Positions 8,531 to 17,243 of a stretch of 64,000 nt of DNA are shown here, one piece after another (position 1 is the stretch's first letter; every line of letters starts with the position of its first letter). Origin of the DNA: a virus; the IMG/VR virus record IMGVR_UViG_3300037156_000189, positions 10,764 to 74,763 of that record. The stretch is one strand, 5' to 3'. The position numbers and the translations under genes are program-made. The notes below the pieces were generated by a model. The model was not told the DNA's origin. It was given only the letters and a program-made list of their open reading frames with translations, and did not search any database.

Positions 8531-9882
8531 AGGATTTTTGAAAGCTCGCGGGTTTTACGAACCAGAACTTCAGAAATTCTCTCATCGACCGAGTTGAAGA
8601 GGCTGAACACGCGGACCCGGACAGAGTTTTTCTGATTGACTCCCTGCAGCCGTGCCACAGCTTGTTGGTTGTCTCCGGGTACAAAGGAGCATTCGAGGAG
8701 TACGCATTCGGAACAGTGCGCAAGATCGATGCCTACGCCCGCGGCCACCAAATTTCCCACGAACACGCGGACGTTAGGACTGGTGCGAAAAGAATCGATG
8801 TTCTCCTGACGCTGTTTGGATGGTGTATCTCCGTTGAGGGTCACCACCCCAAATTTCTCAAGACGTTTAGCCATATAGTCCACGCCAATTTTGAACACAC
8901 AGAACACCACAATTTTATCAATACCGCCGGTCGATAAATCTTCCTCCAACTGGTCTCCGATGGCGGGGAGTTTACTCGCGAGAATGAACCGGCGTAGTGT
9001 CGTCACACTGCTCGCGGTCTTTTCTAACATCGAAACTTGCGATGCTTGGCCCATGGATGAGAGCGCCGCCTGAAGTTCCGCATCGGCTTGAATGAGTTGA
9101 GGAAACTGATCGCGGAACTCGGGGCTCAGGAAGGCATCAGATCGCGGCACGGTGACAGTCTCGAATGTGACCGGGGGAAGCTGTGGCATCACATCTTGAA
9201 GAGTACGTCTCAGCACGAAGCCGGAGAGACGCTGCTTGAGTTCCTCGACGTTCTTGGAGCCTGTACAAACATATCCGTAAGCTGACTCCCAACCCGTTGT
9301 GTATTTCAATGTGAAGTCCCAGTAACTTTCGTCGGCTAACCCGGCCGCGTGAAGGTGGACCCAGAGTTCTGACGCATTATTTGGAGCTATTGTACCCGAG
9401 AGTCCCCAAAATCTTTTGCAAGTGGAAGCTATGCCCGCCGATCTTCGGCCACACCCATACACCGTTTTTGCACGACGGCTAGTCCTAGATTTTAGAAAAT
9501 GTACTTCGTCGCATATAAGGGTCTGGAACCCAACCGATTGAAGAATTTCCTTGTGCTTGACCGCTCCTTCATAACTGACTATCGTAACTCCGACTCCGGA
9601 AATGCGCGGGATTTCATTCGGCATCACCGCTTGAGTAACACGGTCCATTGGTGAAAATCGCTGGAATTCCCTCAGCCAATTGATTCTCAGATTCGCCGGA
9701 CAAATCACAAGAATTTTCTCCAAGCCAAGCATGTCACAAGCTCTGATCGCACTGGGCGTTTTCCCAACCCTCATGCCGTCCCCCAACACGCAAAACGTCT
9801 TCGACGCCATCCATTCAGCCGCAACGATCTGGAAGGGAAAAGGCTGGACGAATTCGGGACGGAAGCCGGCGGCGAAGATCAT
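8527..9882 (-). CDS. SNF2-family (SF2) helicase
   Basis: MRVGKT, ICDEVH, LSGT, GVGIDL and QAVARLQ. Confidence 0.92.
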   Translation of the reverse strand: MIFAAGFRPEFVQPFPFQIVAAEWMASKTFCVLGDGMRVGKTPSAIRACDMLGLEKILVICPANLRINWLREFQRFSPMDRVTQAVMPNEIPRISGVGVTIVSYEGAVKHKEILQSVGFQTLICDEVHFLKSRTSRRAKTVYGCGRRSAGIASTCKRFWGLSGTIAPNNASELWVHLHAAGLADESYWDFTLKYTTGWESAYGYVCTGSKNVEELKQRLSGFVLRRTLQDVMPQLPPVTFETVTVPRSDAFLSPEFRDQFPQLIQADAELQAALSSMGQASQVSMLEKTASSVTTLRRFILASKLPAIGDQLEEDLSTGGIDKIVVFCVFKIGVDYMAKRLEKFGVVTLNGDTPSKQRQENIDSFRTSPNVRVFVGNLVAAGVGIDLAHCSECVLLECSFVPGDNQQAVARLQGVNQKNSVRVRVFSLFNSVDERISEVLVRKTRELSKIL

Positions 9883-10433
9883 CTGTTGCTGCCCCAGTAT
9901 ATGTCTTCTGCGAGCAAGCGCGCTGCTTTGGCGGCTTCGATGTTCTTGAATAAGTAAAAACGCCCGATCAAATACGCTTCCGCGCGATCCGCGTTTTTAA
10001 CTTTCTCAAACTTGTCTGCGCATTTTGGCAGAAGCTTCGAAGCTAATTGACGCGCTCGGCTTTTGGTATCGCTTTGAGATTCGTTAACCGCTCGGCCTAA
10101 ACCCATCGCCGGTTTCCATTGGGAGGCCGAAACCAAACTATAGGGTACGCCAGCGGCTTCGAGAATTCCCAAAACTTTTCCGAAGCCTGTTCCAAACGCG
10201 AAAGAATGAGCTTGACCTGGACGACTTGAAACGTTCTCAACTGCGGCGTGAAGCCCTCCCGATCCTACCTGGACCAAACACATTTCTACAATTGCCGCAA
10301 GGCGCGCACCATCGACCTTACCATCTTTGGCCGGCATATCGAAAAACTCCACAGGAACCGCGGACGAATCCATGAGGCAGAGAGCGCCCTTTATCCCTGG
10401 ATCGATTGACAGGATATATCGTGGCGGAGTCAC
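9879..10433 (-). CDS. RuvC-like Holliday junction resolvase
   Basis: ILSIDPGIKGAL, AVENV, SFAFG, QWK and DRAEAYLI; GTG at 10433 overlaps the upstream stop. Confidence 0.85.
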   Translation of the reverse strand: MTPPRYILSIDPGIKGALCLMDSSAVPVEFFDMPAKDGKVDGARLAAIVEMCLVQVGSGGLHAAVENVSSRPGQAHSFAFGTGFGKVLGILEAAGVPYSLVSASQWKPAMGLGRAVNESQSDTKSRARQLASKLLPKCADKFEKVKNADRAEAYLIGRFYLFKNIEAAKAARLLAEDIYWGSNR

Positions 10434-10684
10434 GGACGCGGCTCCAAAGTTTTGGCGATTTGAAGAGGGATACTGGCCTTCAGCCCGGACTCTCCGGTCA
10501 GAATGAATTTTTCCCAACAGCTTACATGCTGCCAACCCGCAACATACTCTTCGTTGATGTGCCCGTTAACATAATGCGCGCGCGAACCTTGCTCGACAAC
10601 TTGAGGGCACAAATCACAAGCGTGGTCGGTCATGGTGGGATTCACATATTTACCCCAAAAGCTAATGCTGAACAAATTCGCCAT
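10430..10684 (-). CDS. Hypothetical Cys/His protein
   Basis: CDLC...HVSC. Confidence 0.65.
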   Translation of the reverse strand: MANLFSISFWGKYVNPTMTDHACDLCPQVVEQGSRAHYVNGHINEEYVAGWQHVSCWEKFILTGESGLKASIPLQIAKTLEPRP

Positions 10685-10689
10685 TGGCC

Positions 10690-10887
10690 TCACTTTTTCT
10701 TCACCCAAAGAAGTTGATAGCCGAGCCCCGCGGCGACCTTCTGGCTGATCGACCGGCCGCCGGATTTCATTTCCCTCAAATGCCTCGGCTCCACGCCCAA
10801 CTCCCGCGCCGCGCGTTCTCCGTTGCCGTGACCGGCCATGCGCCGGTCCAGTTCGTGGAGAACCTCTTCATCATTGACAGGGCGCAT
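10690..10887 (-). CDS. Cro-like helix-turn-helix protein
   Basis: GERAARELGVEPRHLREMKSGGRSISQKVAAGLG. Confidence 0.75.
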   Translation of the reverse strand: MRPVNDEEVLHELDRRMAGHGNGERAARELGVEPRHLREMKSGGRSISQKVAAGLGYQLLWVKKK

Positions 10888-11084
10888 CAGCGGCCTTCGA
10901 TCCAGTCGCGCTTGGCTTGTGGGGTGTCGGTAAGAACATCGAGGAAAACCAGCAAGTCGGCCACACACAACTTCCGCTCCCAGGACCACTCGTCGCGATG
11001 GTTGCTACCGAGAGACCTGACTACAGCCAGCGCCAGTCTTTCCAATTCCTGCTCGGCGATCTGCTGCCTTGACAATGTGATCAT
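10887..11084 (-). CDS. Hypothetical protein
   Basis: Coupled ORF starting MITLSRQQ. Confidence 0.6.
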   Translation of the reverse strand: MITLSRQQIAEQELERLALAVVRSLGSNHRDEWSWERKLCVADLLVFLDVLTDTPQAKRDWIEGR

Positions 11085-11386
11085 AAAACCCCCAACCATT
11101 TCAAAATTGCGTATGTGATTCCGAGCACGAAGCCGATGACGATCGTGCCGTTACGAAGGCCAATCCAGAACTTTCCCCACTCATCGTCCTCGGTGTGGCT
11201 CACGTTCGGACCTTCGCCCAGGATGCCGGCTTGCGGGTAGGGCGGCAGGAGGTCGATGTTCTGCTCAAGAGATTCAGGCAGGTGCGACCGGTCGTAGGCC
11301 TGATTCGGAAAGCTGATGCCCATGTCTTCGTATCCCGTCTCTTCCCAGAGGTTGTCGAGCGTGATCTTCGTGCGGTCGTTCGTCAT
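11081..11386 (-). CDS. Tail-anchored membrane protein
   Basis: C-terminal hydrophobic helix TIVIGFVLGITYAILKWLGVL. Confidence 0.7.
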   Translation of the reverse strand: MTNDRTKITLDNLWEETGYEDMGISFPNQAYDRSHLPESLEQNIDLLPPYPQAGILGEGPNVSHTEDDEWGKFWIGLRNGTIVIGFVLGITYAILKWLGVL

Positions 11387-12060
11387 TTTGCGGCCTCTTT
11401 CTCAACCCATTGCGGTTCAGGTAATTCGCGCCGGACGATCGCCGCGCACTCCGCGAGCGCTATCGCGCGAGCGTCGGCGGCGTCGGCGGCCCAGGCGGCG
11501 GCGGCGGCGGCGACGGCGGCGGCGGCGACGGCGGCGGCGACGGATGTGGCGGCGGCGGATGTGGCGGCGGCGGCGGCGGCGGCGACGGACTTGCGGCGCG
11601 CCGCGTGCAGCTTGTCCACCCGCTCGTCGACGACGTGGGTGGCGGCGGCGGCGGCGTAGGCGGCGGTGGTGGCGGTGGTGGCGGCGTCGGCGTCGGCGGC
11701 GTCGGCGTAGGCGGCGTAGGTGGCGGTTCTAGCTCGGCGAACATCTTCGATGTTCACCTCGCCGCGTGCCCACGCGCGGGCCGTTTCGATGGCCAGGCGC
11801 GGCCGATCTTCTCCCACCTTGACATATTTCAACGCGGTTTCAGCGCACGCGCAGGCGGCCAGAACAATCTGTTGGCGCGTATGCCATCCGGGCGCTCCGC
11901 ACATGCGACCAGCGAGCCACAACCCCCAATCGCCGCGATCGCAGGTTGTCCAAACTTCGTGCAGGTCTTTGCCTTCCGCCCAGCGAGTCGCTTCGGCGCA
12001 GGCGCTCAGATCGTGCAGCAAGTCGTGGAATCGTTGTGCGTTCATGGAGCTATCTTTCAT
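11383..12060 (-). CDS. Imm5-like domain protein with Ala-rich low-complexity tract
   Basis: VLAACACAETAL...EDRPRLAIETARAWARGE, then GCC-codon Ala runs. Confidence 0.7.
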   Translation of the reverse strand: MKDSSMNAQRFHDLLHDLSACAEATRWAEGKDLHEVWTTCDRGDWGLWLAGRMCGAPGWHTRQQIVLAACACAETALKYVKVGEDRPRLAIETARAWARGEVNIEDVRRARTATYAAYADAADADAATTATTAAYAAAAATHVVDERVDKLHAARRKSVAAAAAAATSAAATSVAAAVAAAAVAAAAAAWAADAADARAIALAECAAIVRRELPEPQWVEKEAAK

Positions 12061-12248
12061 TTCGCGGCTTCCCTCATCTCAACGCCGTCAAAGCCAGTGA
12101 AATAATTACCGCGCTTCGCCAGCACCGTATTGACGGCCCGCGCAAGTTCTTCTTCGTCCAGTACGATGTACTCATAGCTGTATACAAAATAAAGATCGCG
12201 CATCTCGGTAGCTTCTGTGAGCGTGACAGGGGTAAAAGTAGCGTTCAT
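12057..12248 (-). CDS. Hypothetical protein
   Basis: MNATFTP...EAAK, coupled at both ends. Confidence 0.7.
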   Translation of the reverse strand: MNATFTPVTLTEATEMRDLYFVYSYEYIVLDEEELARAVNTVLAKRGNYFTGFDGVEMREAAK

Positions 12249-12388
12249 TTCGCGGCCTCTTTCTGACGGCGGGCAGTCTGCCAGTAAGGCGTCTTGCACT
12301 TCCCGCAGCGGATTGGCGCAAGCAAGCGCGAGGTAAAGCTTTTCGCGCACCGCTTGCACTTGTGCTCATACATCGTGATCTGTTTCAT
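12245..12388 (-). CDS. Zinc-ribbon protein, probably from a leaderless mRNA
   Basis: HKCKRC...PIRCGKCKTPYW; ATG 6 nt after a -10 box. Confidence 0.75.
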   Translation of the reverse strand: MKQITMYEHKCKRCAKSFTSRLLAPIRCGKCKTPYWQTARRQKEAAK

Positions 12389-12394
12389 ATATGC

Positions 12395-12424
12395 ACCATA
12401 GAGTACCCGCAAGGTGTATGTCAA
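12395..12424 (-). promoter_or_regulatory. sigma70-type promoter
   Basis: TTGACA-N18-TATGGT-N6-ATG. Confidence 0.7.
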
Positions 12425-12469
12425 GAAAAATTTGAGGGCACTCGAAAATAATATGTGGGCTGATGCAGG

Positions 12470-12504
12470 AAAACGGCCAGCTCTCACTGCTTGAGATCTG
12501 GCCG
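12470..12504 (-). terminator. Intrinsic terminator
   Basis: CGGCCAG-c-TCTCA/TGAGA-t-CTGGCCG stem followed by a U tract on the minus strand. Confidence 0.6.
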
Positions 12505-12590
12505 CTTTGTTTGGTGGGATGTGCGGCGGGCGTCCATCGGTTGTGCGCGTAACGTTCCCGGTACGCCAATGTGGACGGGTGACGGTGGGC

Positions 12591-12758
12591 TTAGTGGAAG
12601 ATCATACAAAGTGCACCGAGAATGAGCGTCACAATGCAGAAAATAGAAGTGTAGTTCATTCGCCGGCAGCTCTTGTTTGCCCCTTCGCCGAGGATGTTGG
12701 CATGGTCGTAGAGCGGTTCGTCAATGTAACGAGCGAGTGATTCAGGCAGGTCATTCAT
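12591..12758 (-). CDS. Small tail-anchored membrane protein (55 aa), paralog of 11081-11386
   Basis: MNDLPESLARYIDEPLYDHANILGEGAN...IFCIVTLILGALCMIFH; not in the ORF track. Confidence 0.65.
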   Translation of the reverse strand: MNDLPESLARYIDEPLYDHANILGEGANKSCRRMNYTSIFCIVTLILGALCMIFH

Positions 12759-12901
12759 GGCTTCCTCCGGTCTGCGCCCTTGCGCCGCTCTTCCCCAAAC
12801 CAGCGATAGGCTGTGACCAGTTTGTAAATCTCAAACGCGAGCCAAACCAGCAGCCCGGCGATCATGCCCACGAGCAGAAAAATCAAGTCGCGATCTACCA
12901 C
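12755..12901 (-). CDS. Small membrane protein
   Basis: LIFLLVGMIAGLLVWLAF helix. Confidence 0.6.
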   Translation of the reverse strand: MVDRDLIFLLVGMIAGLLVWLAFEIYKLVTAYRWFGEERRKGADRRKP

Positions 12902-13152
12902 GGCATGCCTGCTCTCTGGGCAAAGAAAACAACAGCCCAGATCAGGACCACGGCAATGATGGCGACGAGAGCTACCAGACTCCAATCCTCTTTCTGCAGC
13001 TGCTCATCCTGCTTGAAGCTGGCCATGATGCTTTTAACGTCAGTGGCCCGCATCTGAGATTCGAGCGCGAGGGCTTCAAGAAGGTCCAGTCGGTTGGCTT
13101 CCTCGACGCCGGTGGTGTCAATCGCTGTTTGGTGATATGTGGTTGTCAGCAT
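12895..13152 (-). CDS. Small membrane protein
   Basis: AAGGAAGG ribosome-binding site; LVALVAIIAVVLIWAVVFF helix. Confidence 0.65.
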   Translation of the reverse strand: MLTTTYHQTAIDTTGVEEANRLDLLEALALESQMRATDVKSIMASFKQDEQLQKEDWSLVALVAIIAVVLIWAVVFFAQRAGMPW

Positions 13153-13196
13153 GGCCTTCCTTTGTACCGAGGGTGGGATGGGCGGGATCGCGCGAT

Positions 13197-13505
13197 TCAT
13201 TTTATGTACACCTTCCCGGCGCCAGTGTAAGAGTCTTGTTTTTTGGGGGTTGGGGTTTTGAGGGGTAGCTTGCCTATGACTGTGACTTTCAGCCACGGTC
13301 CTTCCTCATCGATTCGGACGGTGAAGCCGGCCTCAATAGCTCCCGCGTGGATCTGCTTAGGAGTGAACCTGGCCTTTGGGGTGCGGAAGATTCCACCAAT
13401 GCCCATCAGCTTATAGTTGCCCTTGAGAAAGGCTGTGCTTTCCTTGGGGCCTTTCAGCGGATCCGTCTCATTATCAAAGTGCCAGTGTCTGTTTTGTACG
13501 AGCAT
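13197..13505 (-). CDS. Hypothetical protein, possibly DNA-binding
   Basis: GAGG ribosome-binding site; weak similarity to the next gene (MG.G.......Q...A...G). Confidence 0.6.
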   Translation of the reverse strand: MLVQNRHWHFDNETDPLKGPKESTAFLKGNYKLMGIGGIFRTPKARFTPKQIHAGAIEAGFTVRIDEEGPWLKVTVIGKLPLKTPTPKKQDSYTGAGKVYIK

Positions 13506-13519
13506 GGGATTGGTCCTCT

Positions 13520-13948
13520 CTATTCAAAAATGGTGTCTTCAGTAACCGGGACGGCATCGAGGTCATCGGTCCAAAAACGAGAGCTCCATTGATTCGTCCG
13601 GTAGTAGCCCGAGCGCTTCGGTGACTTGAGAGTCGTGGGTGGGGCCGGGGCTGCGGTCGGAGTTGGAGCGTCGTCAAAGATCGAGGTTGGGACTGAGGTT
13701 GGGGCCACGGCGGGGCTTACCGCTGCGGAGCCCGAACCCGCAGCCGAATCTGTCCTCCAGACGGTCACAGTCCCATCTCCGTTGCCGCGAGTCTTCACCC
13801 TGGCGCCGACGGATCGCGCGCAAGAATGAACGCTCATCTGTTGCGCGGCAGGTATATCGATGCAGTCCCCATGACCCATAGATTTGATGGCGCCCGACAA
13901 ACCTTTGGATCGAGGAATCGGAACGCCTCTGCGTATTGTGTATTGCAT
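13520..13948 (-). CDS. Putative small phage DNA-binding protein
   Basis: IRRGVPIP...MGHGDCI...GTVTVWR, a common phage motif pattern. Confidence 0.7.
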   Translation of the reverse strand: MQYTIRRGVPIPRSKGLSGAIKSMGHGDCIDIPAAQQMSVHSCARSVGARVKTRGNGDGTVTVWRTDSAAGSGSAAVSPAVAPTSVPTSIFDDAPTPTAAPAPPTTLKSPKRSGYYRTNQWSSRFWTDDLDAVPVTEDTIFE

Positions 13949-13968
13949 GGAAACACCTCTTATTGTGC

Positions 13969-13997
13969 ATGGTATAGGATAGGCGCGGGAATGTCAA
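13969..13997 (-). promoter_or_regulatory. sigma70-type promoter
   Basis: TTGACA-N17-TACCAT. Confidence 0.75.
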
Positions 13998-14814
13998 TGT
14001 AAAATGGATGGATACAAGGGGTATACGCGAAGGAAGCCATGCAAGGGTTGTGTAAAATCCTTTTAACGCTGGGGGAGAATGTGTGTGATGTTTTTGTAAA
14101 AAACCGGACGAAGCACTTATTTTTACACAAAACATGTATTGTCACTGTGGGATCGTTGCGAGATTGTTGCGCTGTCCGCGCAAAAACGACCGGTGGTCTC
14201 CTGTACCAAGGTGGTGGAAGACTGGCGATCCCAGGGGCGGGACCGCTCCGCAAAACCACAAACATCTCTGTGTCAAAAACCCCTGTAGGTGCGCAAGGTT
14301 GGAAAGGCCGCGGCTGAGGGTGCCGTAGGCTGTCACAGGCTCACGGCGGCCCCGCAGAGACCTCAGACAACCCCCACAAGAGGGGGGCTCACGGAGCGGT
14401 CCAGATGGCTTTTCCAGGCAATTCCATGCTGACCTGGTGATTCCCTGTCATTCTGAGTGAAAAAAACAGGGGATATACGTCTGATTCCACAAGAGATACT
14501 AACCGCCGAAAGGTCGAAACGCGTCGGTTCAGATCAGCCATGAAAAACGCATTATCATGAATACAATGTATTGCAGTGAAAATACACGGTATACAACATT
14601 TCAATCCCCTATTATTTATTATTGAATTGATTTTCTACCTAGAATATAAAGAAAGCTTAGAAAAGAGGTGCTAAACGCTTTGTTTTCAACAGTGATTTTT
14701 TCTACGTGAAGATGAGGCTTTCTATGTAGCAGATAGAACGAAAGCTCCCACCTCTGCCGCTGGGCCTCAACTGTCTCTCTGTCTGTTGATTCTAAAGGGG
14801 TTGCATGAAAATAG

Positions 14815-14845
14815 AAAAGGCTCCCCCGATGAAGAGGAGCCTTTT
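14815..14845. terminator. Bidirectional intrinsic terminator
   Basis: AAAAGGCTCC-N11-GGAGCCTTTT. Confidence 0.8.
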
Positions 14846-14864
14846 AGACGCCGTGCGGCGAAGA

Positions 14865-15359
14865 TCAGAGCCCAACCAGGTCGGAACGACCCTCGGCAAT
14901 AGAGGCCATCATTGTGCTGATCGCATCCTGAACGTGGGCCTCCCATTTGTCGGCGTTGATGTGCTCCACGAGCCAAGCAATCTCAGCGTCAGTTGCAGCC
15001 ACATCAGAGCAGAGGATTGCTTTGGCCCAACCCTTATCTGGCCGTGCCATCAAATTCAAAAAACCGCGCGACACTGTGTACTCGCCAAAACGGTAGCCAC
15101 GGGCCTTAAGCATATCCTTGATCGGATAAGTGGAGCGCGTAAACACGATCTCCAAGGTACGCTTTACGCCATCGCCATACACGCGGGATGTGATGAGTGG
15201 CCCTTTGGCCTCATCATCTGCGCGCTTGGCTTTGCCCCAGCACTGTGGGCAATCTTGAGAGGCGCGATAAGCTACGGTACGATCCCGCTCTTTGCCGGGG
15301 CCATACAGTTGGACGGTTGAGGTGTGTCCACAGGAGTGATTGATTGTAGTCCAAGCCAT
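14865..15359 (-). CDS. Conserved phage protein with an N-terminal zinc site
   Basis: HSCGH...QLYG..KER...DCPQC. Confidence 0.75.
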   Translation of the reverse strand: MAWTTINHSCGHTSTVQLYGPGKERDRTVAYRASQDCPQCWGKAKRADDEAKGPLITSRVYGDGVKRTLEIVFTRSTYPIKDMLKARGYRFGEYTVSRGFLNLMARPDKGWAKAILCSDVAATDAEIAWLVEHINADKWEAHVQDAISTMMASIAEGRSDLVGL

Positions 15360-15376
15360 TTCGGGTCGTCCTTTCC

Positions 15377-15432
15377 GTTGTCTGTTGTCTGCTGTCTGTT
15401 GTCTGTTGTCTGTTGTCTGTTGTCTGTTGTCT
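15377..15432. repeat. Tandem heptamer (GTTGTCT)x8
   Basis: Eight units, one variant GCTGTCT; intergenic. Confidence 0.95.
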
Positions 15433-15530
15433 CACTCGACGGCTAGGGCCAGTACTGCGCACACCAAGGCTATGATCAGCCAGCCGAAAGCGCGCAGGAG
15501 GTGAGAGTGGTCAGAGGATGAGGGGGTCAT
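15432..15530 (-). CDS. 32-aa membrane peptide
   Basis: MTPSSSDHSHLLRAFGWLIIALVCAVLALAVE; GGAGG ribosome-binding site and ATGA coupling. Confidence 0.6.
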   Translation of the reverse strand: MTPSSSDHSHLLRAFGWLIIALVCAVLALAVE

Positions 15531-16096
15531 AAATTGGCCTCCTGTTTTGCTTTCAATAACCATTCTCCCAACACGGGGAACCGTTCTGCGATCTCGCCCC
15601 AGGTCGGATACTTACCACACGCTTTGCTGTATTCGGCTGGCCATTGAGTGCTCGTTTTGTATCCCCGCTGGTATCTCTTCCGAGCGGTCAGCAGATTCAG
15701 GAAGTAGGCGTCCAGCTCGCGTAAGGGGGTGCTGATCCCCCAGGCAGGTTCGCAGGCTGTCAAGCTTGGGTAGCCGTACCCGCCGGTTCCCACCACTGGA
15801 ACTTTCCTTGGCAGCTCGACCCTGAAGGCTTCGCGGTATTTGGCGATGTCGTCTGTGTCGGCGTCATAAATCCGGACGTTGCAATGGTCGTGCCAGGCGA
15901 TGCAGTTGTACCGGGCCAGGACTTCGAAGTCAGCCGGTGGGATAAGGGCCTCAAAATGCCGCGTGATGGCCTCTGTGACCTCCGCCTGGCGTTCCGGGGA
16001 CGCGATCCGGTCTGAATAGTCCTGCCATGCCTCTTGCACCAGTCGGGACAGCAGCCCGGCCTCGGCGCGTGGTTTGAATCTTGCTTTTAGGTTCAT
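15527..16096 (-). CDS. Hypothetical protein
   Basis: Coupled to the resolvase stop; GGAGG ribosome-binding site. Confidence 0.7.
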   Translation of the reverse strand: MNLKARFKPRAEAGLLSRLVQEAWQDYSDRIASPERQAEVTEAITRHFEALIPPADFEVLARYNCIAWHDHCNVRIYDADTDDIAKYREAFRVELPRKVPVVGTGGYGYPSLTACEPAWGISTPLRELDAYFLNLLTARKRYQRGYKTSTQWPAEYSKACGKYPTWGEIAERFPVLGEWLLKAKQEANL

Positions 16097-16668
16097 GCCG
16101 CGACCTCCTCTTTTGCTTGGTTTTTCAGCCACGAATACACCGTTTGCCTTGAAACGCCCACGGCGCGTGCCATCTCCGCCACACCTTTGCCCTCGGCCGC
16201 GAGTTTGGTCAGTTGGTCGAGCTTGCCGTTGTTTGAGCGGATGGCGGGCGCTCTGCCCTTGTAGACCCCTTTGGCGCGAGCGATTGCGACGCCTTCCCGT
16301 TGCCGGGACAGTATCATCGCTCTTTCCAGTTCTGCGAACGAGCCCATGATGTTTAGCATGAATTGGGCCATAGGCGTGGAATCGTTTGTGAAGACCATAT
16401 TTTCTTTAATGAACTCCACTGCGACTCCGCGAGACGTGAGGTTTTTCACAATGTCTCGCAAGTCGCCCAGGTTGCGACAAAGCCTGTCCATGCTGTGGAC
16501 AATCAGCCGGTCACCCTCGCGAGCCCACTCAAGCGCCGCCTGTAGCTGGGGCCTTTGGATATCCTTACCTGACAGATGGTCTTCGAAAATTTTATCAACT
16601 TGCACGCCTTCGAGCTGGCGAGCTGTGTTCTGGTCGATTGAAGAGACGCGCTTATATCCGATTTTCAT
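16093..16668 (-). CDS. Small serine recombinase (resolvase/invertase) with C-terminal HTH
   Basis: GYKRVSSIDQ (catalytic Ser), SGKD..RPQL, MDRL.R, FAELER and GVSRQTVY. Confidence 0.95.
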   Translation of the reverse strand: MKIGYKRVSSIDQNTARQLEGVQVDKIFEDHLSGKDIQRPQLQAALEWAREGDRLIVHSMDRLCRNLGDLRDIVKNLTSRGVAVEFIKENMVFTNDSTPMAQFMLNIMGSFAELERAMILSRQREGVAIARAKGVYKGRAPAIRSNNGKLDQLTKLAAEGKGVAEMARAVGVSRQTVYSWLKNQAKEEVAA

Positions 16669-17198
16669 AAGTTTTTCTTTCTTGCTTCGGCTTCGGTTGC
16701 TTCCAGTTGTTCGATAGCTGCGGCGGATGGCCAGCGGTGATAATCATCTCGGCAGTCTCCGTTAAATCCAGCTGGATGGTAGCCATCGCATTGGCCACAC
16801 TCTTCCCAATCGTCAGGCGGGTTTTTAACGTAAAAACCGGCGTGTTTCAAGGCCGGCGCCCAAGTGCCGGCCGCCTTTGTTTTCGCCATGATGGCCCGGT
16901 ACCTATCACCATCTTCAGAGCAGCTATAGCAGGTGATGAGATCCCGGCCTTTCATGCCGTATTCGTTTGCGTGGTAGAGGTTCATGCAGTGTTCGGGCGG
17001 AATGATGCCGCGCGGGTCCGGGCTGGAGGCTACTGTGTCTCCGCACGGTTTCGCCCCTTGGCAGCCGTGCGAATAGACGGATCGGTTGCAAGCCTCGCAG
17101 GTTCCCATGAAGCGAATAACGTGAACCTGGCCGCATCCGAAGGATTGAAAGAATTGAGCTTGTTTGGTGCGCCAAGATAGGCGCTTGGTAAGTTCCAT
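16665..17198 (-). CDS. Cys-rich hypothetical protein
   Basis: Several CxxC motifs; ECGQCDGYHP..F.GDCRDD. Confidence 0.7.
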   Translation of the reverse strand: MELTKRLSWRTKQAQFFQSFGCGQVHVIRFMGTCEACNRSVYSHGCQGAKPCGDTVASSPDPRGIIPPEHCMNLYHANEYGMKGRDLITCYSCSEDGDRYRAIMAKTKAAGTWAPALKHAGFYVKNPPDDWEECGQCDGYHPAGFNGDCRDDYHRWPSAAAIEQLEATEAEARKKNL

Positions 17199-17243
17199 TG
17201 TGATCCTCGTTTTTCTCGTCCTGAGTGCCGGACGTTGGGTGTT

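Noticed and set aside
11383-12060. Diversity-generating retroelement target
   Set aside because: No reverse transcriptase or template repeat was seen in the window.
11195-12105. Poly-Arg, poly-Gly and poly-Pro ORFs
   Set aside because: Shadow frames of the GCC-rich Ala tract in 11383-12060.
12591-13152. Holin/spanin lysis cassette
   Set aside because: The membrane genes lie in the early leftward arm with no endolysin or lipobox nearby.
15377-15432. Tandem repeat as a mini CRISPR array
   Set aside because: The 7-bp units have no spacers.
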